Assembly: GCA_043228905.1 (NCBI GenBank)
Contig: JBHGNT010000004.1
Coordinates: 14,570,001-14,634,000, forward strand
Length of the DNA stretch: 64,000 nt
From: Azolla caroliniana
Taxonomy: Eukaryota; Plantae; Polypodiophyta
Direction: 5' to 3'
Positions 47,299-58,190 of the stretch are shown here, one piece after another. The translations under genes and the position numbers were made by a program. The notes under the pieces were generated by a model. The model was not told the DNA's origin and ran no database searches. It worked only from the letters and a program-made list of their open reading frames with translations. Numbering within the stretch: position 1 is the stretch's first letter; every line of letters starts with the position of its first letter.

Positions 47299-50113
47299 TG
47301 TTCAGAGACAAGCTCAACATCGACTGGATCGGCTGAAGAAGCCGAGGACCGGATCGGTTGGGACCGATCGGTTAGGCCGAGTGCGTAAACCGGTACGCAG
47401 ACCGGTGCGTAGGTAGGGCCGGATCGGTGCGGAAACAAGGAGGCCGTTAAGAAAGATATTCCGTGAGGAATATATTTGGGAGTTAGTGTAGGAGCTCTCA
47501 ATGAGCATTGAAGTACTGTCAGTACTTCGGTCAGTCCTTCTAGGACTTGTATAAAAGTGTTCATTGAACACACATATGTATAGAGTGTGGTGAATAGAGA
47601 TTGTTTTTTGTTGAATATAGTTCTTGTGTTCTCTCTCTCTCACTGTCTCTGTCTCTCCCGAGTATACTGCGTAAGCTCAAGCTCTCCATTAAACCTGAGT
47701 GTTCTTCCTTCTGTTCGGTCTTCATACTTGCTTCCGCACGCTACTTTCTACATGGTATCAGAGCACGAGGGTTGAGAACCTCTCTACAGCCGACACAGCT
47801 TGACGAAGAAGAACAAGAAGAACGATGGATAGAGGCATGGCGAGCTCGCTTCCAACAAAGAAGCTCGACAGAACCAACTACGCATCTTGGTCCTACAAGA
47901 TGCACTAGTACCTGCTCGGGCACGGCTACTGGAGTTATGTCGAAGGAGCTAATGACGCGGCACCCAAATCGACACACAGAGACTTCCCGTTGTGGGAGCA
48001 ATCGGCGAGCAGGGTATTATACTGCTTCGCGTCGTGTGTGGGACAACAGCTATTGAGCTATGTTCGGGATGCAAAGACGCCGAAGGGTGCGTGGGAAAAT
48101 TTGAAGAAGATTTTCGCCGCGAGCACCACAGCCATGGAGGTTCAGCTCCGATAGGAGTTGAGCAACCTACGACAACGCGACTTGTCGGTGGTGGACTATA
48201 CCTCGAAGACCAAGGATATCTGCGACTCCCTCGCCTCCATAGAGGTGAACATCGAGGAGAGTGAGATGGTTCAGATCTGTCTCAGAGGTTTGGCGTCGAT
48301 GTCCGGAGCGTTCCGAACGGCTGTGTGTACCCGGGAGAATACGCCGTCCTTTTTCGACTTACAGTCAATGCTCCTGGTAGAGGAGAACCATGCGGGTGCG
48401 TCTACAAGAACGCACACCGACAACAGAATGTTGTACACGGAGGGAGATAGGCCCCGTGGACATGGAGGACGAGGCGAGTCGGCGCGCAATGGAGGCGGCC
48501 GACGAGATCAAGGAAGAAGGCAACGAGGTGATGCCGACAGCAACTCCGGACCCTCCGGAAACAGGGGGAGTCGAAGCAATGAGACCGGCAAGGGAAGGCC
48601 ATCGCGGAGTGTTGGTACTGTGGCAAGAAAGGCCACAGGGAAACTGAGTGCTGGAAGAAGCGTGCCGAGTCGGAGAGAACCGGTTCCGGAAACGGCTCCG
48701 GACATACCGACAAGGGAAATCGGCAGCGATCACACTACGCCAAAGACTCCGGGAGAGCCGGAGAAGGGTCTGCCTTCGTGACGAGACACGAAGCAAACTC
48801 AATGAAACGAACCACCCCAAGATCGGACGAGGTGTGGTACGTAGACTCCGGCGCGTCAAACCACATGACAAGCCATAAGGAGTGGTTCTCGTACCTTGAA
48901 AAACCGATACAACCTAGAGTAGTCGCAACTGGAGACGACACTCCGCATCCGATCGCGAATGTCGGAGAAATTCCCCTTAGCCATGTCGGGCAAAAAGGGA
49001 AACTCATGAACGTGCTGCACGTTCCGACAATCACGAAGAACTTGGTCTCGGTCGGACAGATCGTCGACCAAGGGATGGAGGTTCAGTTTACACACCTCGG
49101 GTGCTTCATTGAGGAAGAAGACCGTGTGATTGCGCAAGGGCGCAGAGATGGGAGGATGTTCATCCTCGACTCCACTGACGGTGGCACCACAATGTTCGCA
49201 AAGGGACAAAAAGCCGAGTCGGACATCGACTTGTGGCACAAGCGGATAGGCCACGTTGTCGTGCCTTTCGGCTCCGGATCGTTTGCGTGAGTCGGGTGGG
49301 AACCACCGGGGTTTTGGACTAGGAGGAGGAAGAATTTGAGGCTAATCTAGTTATGAATATGAATAGATTATAAGAAAGAGATATAGAAACTTGTGAATCC
49401 CACAAGTATAATTGTTTTAGTTTATCTAAATCGTAGTAATAAATTGAAATAATTTAGAATAGATTAGAGTAGATTGAGAAAAGAGATCAAACCTTGTGAA
49501 TCCCACAAGTATTACATTAATCAATATTTATGTAAGAATATGAATTTAGATTGAAAGAGATAGATTATCTTAAACTTCGTGAATCCCACGAGTATATTTT
49601 ATTGATTGTTGGTGTTTTAGGAAATATATCCAATTTCCCAAATATTTTTCACACACAATTACATTGTGCTCCCCATCCTTATGTAGTGATGGGAGAGACT
49701 AAGCATAGCTACATGCTTTTTTTTCTAATATGTTCATGCACACTAAATGTGCATGTGATGCTTTTCTAATCCTTGCTTTTATTTGCTAAATATAGTGCTC
49801 ATGCACGCTAGATGTGCATGAGTCACTTTTTAGTCGCTTGCGTTTTTCTATAAAATATTCACGCACTCTAAAAATACATGATTTACCTTTTAATAAAGGT
49901 AGGCGCAAATAAAGCACTTATAGTTATTAAATCTATTTATAGAACACTAAATATAAGGTAGCATAATGGTAAAGTTGATATTTGGCTACGTGGAGGTACA
50001 AGGTTCGAATCTTGCCCTATGCACGTGATAAATATCTTGATATTCTTATTTTATTTATTGGTGATAAATATCTTGATATTCTTATTTTATTTATTTATAT
50101 GTAATTAAATCGG

Positions 50114-52069
50114 TTATATTATTTTTACTTTTTCACGTAGTGTACGAAATACACTACGACACTCACCCCCTCCGAACCCGCACATCCTTCGGTATGTGCC
50201 GAAGTTGCCGATGCTCGTTGTCTCCCCTTCATCCTCCGTTTGTCCCGCTATGTCAACTTTGTCTCTCCATTTTGAGTAGACCCATTCTTTCCACCCGAAC
50301 CATTGTCGCCATCCGATCCACCATATTCTTTGTTCTGTCTCGTCATATTCTTGGCCCTTGTCATTCGTGGTAGTGTCTTTTACTGGCCTCTTTCTTGTCT
50401 TCATCAACCTTGACTTTTTTCCGGATCGCTCTCGTCCGATCAACTTTCGGTTTGATCGGCTTCCGATCGGATTCGTATTCGGCCGAATCGGAATCGGTTG
50501 TTCGGTTTCGATTGAGTCGGTCTCCTTCCGGCCCGGTTTCGATCTATCGGTTTCGGTTTTGGTTGGCTTTCTTTTCCTCGTTTTCACCAGCCTCGACCGG
50601 TCCAACCTCCAGTTGAGTCGGATTAGCTTCTTTTTGGATCGGTCTCGTCCGATCGGCTTTCGGCTAGGTTGGCTTCCATCCATATTCACGTTCGGCCAAG
50701 TCAGACTCAATCGATCGGTTTTGACCGAGTCGACCCCTTTTCGGGTCGGCTTTCTTTCGGATCGGAATCCCGTCCGGATCACCTTCCATCCAAACCGGCT
50801 TCCGACTTTACCTTTCTTGCTGCCACCTCCCGTCTCTCCGGTCTCACGTTGGTTCTCGGACACAACTGCCGAAGTCTCTAGAATTAGTGGGTAGGAATCC
50901 TCGGTATTATCATCCTCCATTGTTTCACCCATAGCCATATTCTCGGCTATCTCTCCGTCGTATGCATCGACTTTGACCTTTGTTTTCTCTCCGCCACCTT
51001 CCGTCTCTTCGGTCTCACGTTGCCTTTCGAACGCAACCGCCGGAGTCTCTAGAATCAGTGGTGGGGAAGTCTCGATATGGCAATCCGCCATTGATTCGTC
51101 CATAGCCACCTCCGATTCGATTTCGTCTTTTGTGGCTACCTCCTTAATCACATCCGCTTCACACTCTTTATCTGCATTAATTATGCAAACATCTATTATG
51201 CTTACCCCTTTTTGACCCGATGTCTCGGGCACTTGTATCCCGAAATTTCCTTCTACACTTGAATTATCGGCCTTATCCTTCGCCATCGTTCTTTCACAAG
51301 ACGAGTGGGTGTCTTGTTCCACTCTTTCTCCCGTGGTACCATCATGTTGTATTTCGGCCTTCATATTGGCTTCATCGTTTTTCCTCAATCGACCATCCTT
51401 CATGGGCCATGTCGTTGTTGACGAGATTCTCAGCTTCCTTTCATCATGTCTTCGGCATACCCTTTCGACTTTGGCCCAATCCTCGGTAAGGCCGTTCGCA
51501 CCGTCATCATCTTCGAGTTCGATCCCAATGTCCATCCTTTCTTTCCGATCGATCGATCTTACGAACATTAAGACTTTATCTTCTCCCACCAACCGTTGTT
51601 CCCGCTCCGAGAGTCGAGCAAAACGATTCTCGAACTCTAGGAATGCTTGTGTTGCACTTCGGTGGGTCTTCTCCGATGCCACCCATTCGTCGAATTCTCG
51701 CCGATCTTTTCCCTTTGATCTCTTGTAATCATATGCCTCTCGTAAAGCTTCTTCGAAGGACCCCCATGTTGGATTTTGTTGCCGTATCTTGTAGATTCTT
51801 TCTTGTAACTCATCCGTGGCTACCCGATTGAAGGATGTCACTTGCAATCCTTCCGGTATCCCACATCGTATCATCTCCGCCTTGTAGTCATGTAGATAGC
51901 GTGACACATCGTTTCCGTTGAATTGTCCGTTTCGTTGTACGAGCCGCTTTACTGCCCCCGTGATCTCCGACATCACTCGTTGTTCTTGTAGCATCCGCTC
52001 GAACATCATCATCATCGTTATGCTCATTGCCTCTTGTTGATTCTCCAGCTCCTTGCCACCCGCCTTCAC
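50114..52069 (-). CDS. gag: G5 Gag-derived ORF 2 (up to 651 aa): capsid-like N-terminus, acidic middle, Arg/Lys-rich tail
   Basis: N-terminal ~210 aa align by eye with G4 Gag (GQFNGNDVSRYL...FNRVA...LQERI...TWGSFEEAL...GLTEDW). Confidence 0.8.
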   Translation of the reverse strand: MKAGGKELENQQEAMSITMMMMFERMLQEQRVMSEITGAVKRLVQRNGQFNGNDVSRYLHDYKAEMIRCGIPEGLQVTSFNRVATDELQERIYKIRQQNPTWGSFEEALREAYDYKRSKGKDRREFDEWVASEKTHRSATQAFLEFENRFARLSEREQRLVGEDKVLMFVRSIDRKERMDIGIELEDDDGANGLTEDWAKVERVCRRHDERKLRISSTTTWPMKDGRLRKNDEANMKAEIQHDGTTGERVEQDTHSSCERTMAKDKADNSSVEGNFGIQVPETSGQKGVSIIDVCIINADKECEADVIKEVATKDEIESEVAMDESMADCHIETSPPLILETPAVAFERQRETEETEGGGEKTKVKVDAYDGEIAENMAMGETMEDDNTEDSYPLILETSAVVSENQRETGETGGGSKKGKVGSRFGWKVIRTGFRSERKPTRKGVDSVKTDRLSLTWPNVNMDGSQPSRKPIGRDRSKKKLIRLNWRLDRSRLVKTRKRKPTKTETDRSKPGRKETDSIETEQPIPIRPNTNPIGSRSNRKLIGRERSGKKSRLMKTRKRPVKDTTTNDKGQEYDETEQRIWWIGWRQWFGWKEWVYSKWRDKVDIAGQTEDEGETTSIGNFGTYRRMCGFGGGECRSVFRTLREKVKII

Positions 52070-52076
52070 GTCGGGT

Positions 52077-53489
52077 TCACCAACTGTGTCGTCTTTCGGC
52101 CGAATTCTCTTCCTTTCGGTTCGGCTTTCTTTCGGGTCGACTTTCGGTCGAATCCTCTTTTACCCGGTTCGGCTTTCTTTCGGATCGGAATCCTGTCCGG
52201 ATCACCTTCCATCCGAACCGGCTTCCGACTTTACCTTTCTTGTCGCCACCTCCTGTCTCTCCGGTCTCACGTTGGTTCTCGGACACAACCGCCGAAGTCT
52301 CTAGGATTAGTGGGTACGAATCCTCGGTATTATCATCCTCCGTTGTTTCACCCATAGCCATATTCTCGGCTATCTCTCCGTCGTATGCATCGACTTCGAC
52401 CTTTGTTTTCTCTCCGCCACCTTCCGTCTCTTCGGTCTCACGTTGCCTTTCGAACGCAACCGCCGGAGTCTCTAGAATCAGTGGTGGGGAAGTCTCGATA
52501 TGGCCATCCGTCGTTGATTCGTCCATAGCCACCTTCGATTCGATGTCATCTTTCGTGGCGACCTCCTCAATCAAGTCCTCTTTGCTCTCTTTCACTGCAT
52601 CAATTATGCAAACATCTATTATGCTTACCCCTTTTTGACCCGATGTCTCGGGCACTTGTATCCCGAAATTTCCTTCTACTCTTGAATTATCGGCCTTATC
52701 CTTCGCCATCGTTCTTTCACAAGACAAGAGGGTAGCTTGTTTTACACCCTCTTCCGTCGCACCATCATGTTGTATTTCGGCCTTCATATCGGCTCCATCG
52801 TTTGTCTTCAATCGACCATCCTTCATCGGCCATGTTGTTGACAAGATTCTCATCTTCCTCTCATCATGTCTCCGGCATACCCTTTGGACTTCGGCCCAAT
52901 CTTCGGTAAGACCATTCGCACCGTCATAGTCTTCGAGTTCAATCCCGATGTCCTTCCTTTCTTTCCGATCAATCGATCTTACGAACATTAGGACTTTGTC
53001 CTCCCCCACCAACCGTTGTTCCCGCTCCGAGAGTTGAGCAAGACGATGCTCGAACTCTAGGAACGCTTGCGTTGCACTTCGGTGAGTCTTCTCCGACGCC
53101 ACCCATTCGTCGAATTCTCGTCGATCTCGTCCCGTCCATCTCTCATAGTCATATGCCTCCCGTAAAGCTTCTTCAAAGGACTCCCATGTCGAGTTTTGTT
53201 GTTGTATCTTGTGGATTCTCTCTTGTAGTTCGTCCGAGGCCACCCGACTAAAGGATATCACTTGCAATCCTTCCGGTATCCGATATTGCATCATCTCCGC
53301 CTTATATTCACGTAGGTAGCGTGACACACCCTTACCGTTGAATTCCCCGTTTCGTCGCAGAAGCCGCTCTACTGCCGCCTTCATCTCCGACATCGCACGT
53401 TGTTCTTGTAGCATCCGCTCGAACATCATCATCATCGTTATGCTCATTGCCTCTTGTTGATTCTCCATCTCCTTGCCACCCGCCTTCAC
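52077..53489 (-). CDS. gag: G5 Gag-derived ORF 1 (up to 470 aa), tandem paralogue of ORF 2
   Basis: Colinear with the first ~440 aa of ORF 2; its stop codon lies within the second PBS. Confidence 0.8.
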   Translation of the reverse strand: MKAGGKEMENQQEAMSITMMMMFERMLQEQRAMSEMKAAVERLLRRNGEFNGKGVSRYLREYKAEMMQYRIPEGLQVISFSRVASDELQERIHKIQQQNSTWESFEEALREAYDYERWTGRDRREFDEWVASEKTHRSATQAFLEFEHRLAQLSEREQRLVGEDKVLMFVRSIDRKERKDIGIELEDYDGANGLTEDWAEVQRVCRRHDERKMRILSTTWPMKDGRLKTNDGADMKAEIQHDGATEEGVKQATLLSCERTMAKDKADNSRVEGNFGIQVPETSGQKGVSIIDVCIIDAVKESKEDLIEEVATKDDIESKVAMDESTTDGHIETSPPLILETPAVAFERQRETEETEGGGEKTKVEVDAYDGEIAENMAMGETTEDDNTEDSYPLILETSAVVSENQRETGETGGGDKKGKVGSRFGWKVIRTGFRSERKPNRVKEDSTESRPERKPNRKEENSAERRHSW

Positions 53490-54206
53490 GTCGGGTTCAC
53501 CAACTGTGTCGTGCCTTTCGGCTCCGGATCGTTTGCGTGAGTCGGGTGGGAACCACCGGGGTTTTGGACTAGGAGGAGGAAGAATTTGAGGCTAATCTAG
53601 TTATGAATATGAATAGATTATAAGAAAGAGATATAGAAACTTGTGAATCCCACAAGTATAATTGTTTTAGTTTATCTAAATCGTAGTAATAAATTGAAAT
53701 AATTTAGAATAGATTAGAGTAGATTGAGAAAAGAGATCAAACCTTGTGAATCCCACAAGTATTACATTAATCAATATTTATGTAAGAATATGAATTTAGA
53801 TTGAAAGAGATAGATTATCTTAAACTTCGTGAATCCCACGAGTATATTTTATTGATTGTTGGTGTTTTAGGAAATATATCCAATTTCCCAAATATTTTTC
53901 ACACACAATTACATTGTGCTCCCCATCCTTATGTAGTGATGGGAGAGACTAAGCATAGCTACATGCTTTTTTTTCTAATATGTTCATGCACACTAAATGT
54001 GCATGTGATGCTTTTCTAATCCTTGCTTTTATTTGCTAAATATAGTGCTCATGCACGCTAGATGTGCATGAGTCACTTTTTAGTCGCTTGCGTTTTTCTA
54101 TAAAATATTCACGCACTCTAAAAATACATGATTTACCTTTTAATAAAGGTAGGCGCAAATAAAGCACTTATAGTTATTAAATCTATTTATAGAACACTAA
54201 ATATAA

Positions 54207-54267
54207 GGTAGCATAATGGTAAAGTTGATATTTGGCTACGTGGAGGTACAAGGTTCGAATCTTGCCC
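54207..54267 (+). promoter_or_regulatory. tRNA-like A/B-box module in the G5 LTR, antisense to the element (copy at 49957-50017)
   Basis: TAGCATAATGGTAA...CAAGGTTCGAATCTTG. Confidence 0.6.
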
Positions 54268-57200
54268 TATGCACGTGATAAATATCTTGATATTCTTATT
54301 TTATTTATTGGTGATAAATATCTTGATATTCTTATTTTATTTATTTATATGTAATTAAATCGGTTATATTATTTTTACTTTTTCACGTAGTGTACGAAAT
54401 ACACTACGACAACGTCAACAACCAGCGGCTTCAAGATCTGCAATCGAAACAGGTAGTGTTCGGATTGCCCAAGTTTAGTGGCCGAAAGGCACAAATTTGT
54501 GAAGCCTGCCAGCTCGGGAAGCAACACCGACTTCCTTTCCCCAACGAGCGAAACCGGAGCTGGAACAAGCTCGACCTTATACACTCCGATGTGTGGGGGG
54601 CGGCACAAAACGTTAGTCTTGGCGGGAGCCGATATTTCGTCTCCTTCATCGACGACCACACGCGGCACACGTGGATCTACCTCATTGAAAGGAACAGCAA
54701 AGTCTTCGACTGTTTCCGGGACCTCAAAGGGTTCGTGGAAACGGAAACGGGACGGAAGATCAAGTGCCTGCGGTCGGATGGTGGGAAAGAGTACTTTTCT
54801 AGTCAATTCAACGGTTATCTACAACAAATGGGAATTCGGCGCGAATTGAGTTGTAGATACACGCCGGAGCAGAACAGCGTGGCCGAGAGGAAGAATCGGT
54901 CAGTTGTTGAAGCGGCACGGGCAATGCTGGAGGAGAAGAGCTTGCCCAAGTTCTACTGGGCCGAGGCGGTAAGGACCGCGGTATACATCCAGAACCGGAT
55001 TGGAGACAAAGTGTCGGCGCACGAGCTATATTTCGGAACGAAGCTGAACTTGCGACACGTGAGGGTGTTCGGTAGCATTGCGTATGTGCATGTACCGAAG
55101 GAGAAAAGGAGGAAGCTGGACGCAAAGGCCGAGAAATGCATCTTGGTCGGTTACTCGGACGAGCAGAAGGGTTATAAGTGCTATAACCCTCGCACCAAAC
55201 AAGCGTGTGTTAGCCACGACGTTGTGTTTGACGAGTCCTCATCCTGGTACCAGCCCCCGACTCCGAACCCCGACTCCAATCCGAGTTCTGACGATGAGGT
55301 CAACAAGGCCGAGATGCCTCCGGATGAGCCCGAAATCGAGACCCGTGAAGAGAGTCCGATTTCATTCCGGTTAAGTGGACCGATTGGACGATTGAGTCGG
55401 TACGACCAGTCCGATGAAGAGCCGGCGAGTAGTGGAGACTCGGTCGTGCATTCCCCGCGCAGGAAGCCGAGGAGACGGCTAACACGCAAAGAGAGAGGGA
55501 AGAAGAAGGTGTCGGATTCCGGCACGAATAGGAACGAGTAAGACCGATGCGAGTCCGACTCCGAGGGAACCGGTGACGGGTCTTTAAAGGTGAAGACCGC
55601 GTCGACCGAGAAGGCCTCGACATCGGCTAATGTGAGATTACGCCGATCTACCCGCCGGAAGAATCTTGTTTTGCAGTTTGGATACAACGAGTACATGGCG
55701 CATCATTATGCGTACATGACCCGTGTAGCAGAAGCGTGTGAGCTGGAGAGCTACGTAGAAGCGGCTAAAGACGCGAATTGGCGTGCCGCGATGGAGGAAG
55801 AGTTGCAGGCATTGGCGGAGAATGAAACCTGGGACCTGGTTGACGCACCAACAGGGGTAAAACCGATCGGGTGTAGGTGGGTGTACAAAGTCAAGTACAA
55901 CACCGAGGGCTCCGTTAACCGATACAAGGCTCGGCTAGTGGCAAAGGGCTACGCGCAGAAACACGACATCGACTACAATGAGACGTTTGCGCCGGTCGCG
56001 AAAATGATGACCGTCTGTGTTTTGCTGGCAGTAGCTGCGGCGAAGGGGTGGCACTTACATCAGATGGATGTAAAGAATGCGTTCCTGCAAGGTGACCTTG
56101 AGGAACAGGTGTACATGGTACAACCCCCCGGATTTCACTCCTGAACGAACTCCTCGGCAATATGCCGACTGAAGAAGTCCCTTTACGGACTGAAGCAAGC
56201 CCCGCGTGCCTAGAACGCGAAGATCACGCAACAACTGCGTCGGATGGGCTTCGTCACGACAAAATCAGACTCTTCCCTGTTCATCCGGAAAGGTTGACTC
56301 GGACCGATTAGTATTTTACTGTATGTTGATGACTTCGTCATCACCGGCGCTGACCTAGGTGAAATCGACCGCGTGAAGCTTCAACTTGCGGCATCGTTCG
56401 ACATGAAGGATCTGGGGGACCTTCATTACTTCCTCAGGATCTAAGTGATCCGTACCCCCGAAGGCATATTGATCAGCCAACGTCATTACGTGCTGGGTAT
56501 GCTCTTCAAATTCGGGATGGCTGATTGTAAGTCTGTCTCGACTCCTCTAGACAGAACCATCAAGCTTTGTCCCGATACGGGAAAGGTATGCGACTTGACG
56601 ATGTTCCGACCAATTGTCGGAAGACTCATATACTTGACCATCACCCGACCCGACCTCAGTTACCCGGTCGGGGTGATTAGTCTGTTCATGGCGCGACCTA
56701 CCGAGGAGCACCTTCAGTTTGTGCAACGCGTACTGTGGTACGTAAGCGGCACTAAGGACCGCAGACTGCTATATCGGACCGGTGCAGCCGTGCAGTTAGT
56801 CGGCTACACCGATGTTGATTGGGCTGGCAACGCCGCCGATCGCCGATCCACGTCTAGATACGCGTTCTCCCTCGGGAGTGCTGCGATCGCGTGGAGCAGT
56901 AAGAAGCAGCTGATAGTTGCACTGTCGAGCACGAAAGTTGAGTACCGAGGAGAGGCTGTCGCGACATGCGAAGCCATATGGTTGAAGCGGCTACTTACGA
57001 ACCTGCAAGAGGAGGTGTCAGATCCGACGACGATCTACTGCAACAACCTCAGCAGCATCCAGCTCGCGAAAAACCCCGTTTTCCACGCATGGACCAAGCA
57101 CATTGAGGTGCATTACCATTTCGTCCGTGAGCGTGTCCTTTCCGGTGAAGTCGATCTTCAGTAGGTTCCGACAGATCGGCAGACTGCCGACAGCTTCACC

Positions 57201-58190
57201 AAGCCTCTTGGTCTGGACAAGTTGCGGCAATTCTCCGGTGCGCTCGAATTGCGTCACCTCGACGTGCCAAACTTGAGGGGTAGAACAATCCCGAACGACC
57301 AAGCAAGGCAGCAGGAAAGGAGCGGAGACCGCGACACCGAGTCGGTTGACTCGGTTGTTGACTCGGTTGTCGAGTTCGACTTCAGATCGGCTGAAGAAGG
57401 GGACAGAAGGGGAGCAGCCGAAGGAGAGAGCCGAAGCCAACCACACATGGGGAAGATGACGCCATCGAGGGCGAGAAGACCGAAGACGAGTTGGAGACAC
57501 CCAACTCAGATGAGAGCGAAAACCAATCGGAGGTGGCCGAGTCGGTTCGGATGTTTGATTCAAATACGCTGAATCAACCAAGGCCCATGGGGAAGAAAAG
57601 GCAGCAGGAGAAGCGTCAACACCGCAACAGCAGAAGAGCTAATAAGGGCCACATGAGCAGACAAGCCGACCGGAAGGGTCGAAGCCAGGAGGAACCGGAG
57701 TTGTGAGCCCGAAGATCCCGAAGAGCCTCAAGTTGAGTTTGAAGGGGAGTGTTGAGAGACAAGCTCAACATCGGCCGGATCGGCTGAAGAAGCCGAGGAC
57801 CGGATCAGTTGGGACCGATCGGTTAGGCCGAGTGCGTAAACCGGTACGTAGGTAGGGCCGGATCGGTGTGGAAACTAGGAGGCCGTTAAGAAAGATATTC
57901 CATGAGGAATATATTTGGGAGTTAGTGTAGGAGCTCTCAATGAGCATTGAAGTACTGTCAGTACTTCGGTCAGTCCTTCTAGGACTTGTATAAAAGTGTT
58001 CATTGAACACACATATGTATAGAGTGTGGTGAATAGAGATTGTTTTTGTTGAATATAGTTCTTGTGTTCTCTCTCTCTCATTGTCTCTATCTCTCCCGAG
58101 TATACTGCGTAAGCTCAAGCTCTCCATTAAACCTGAGTGTTCTTCCTTCTGTTCGGTCTTCATACTTGCTTCCGCACGCTACTTTTTACA

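Larger units (their letters stand above)
49257..54411 (-). mobile_element. Non-autonomous Gypsy-derived element G5 (gag-only, TR-GAG-like), very recent
   Basis: 905-bp LTRs 49257-50161 and 53507-54411 with no difference I could see, TSD ACGT (49253-49256, 54412-54415), PBS TGGTGAACCCGACGTGAA at 53485-53502 and again at 52065-52082, PPT GGAGGGGGTGAG, no PR/RT/IN motifs. Confidence 0.94.
47299..58190 (+). mobile_element. Copia C5 (Ale-like, related to C4), degenerate, interrupted by G5
   Basis: LTRs 47299-47752 and 57750-58190, TSD ATTAT, PBS TGGTATCAGAGC 47753-47764, PPT TTGAAGGGGAG. Coding ~47837-49256 and 54412-57280; LWHKRIGH|VNNQRL is restored across G5. Confidence 0.94.
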
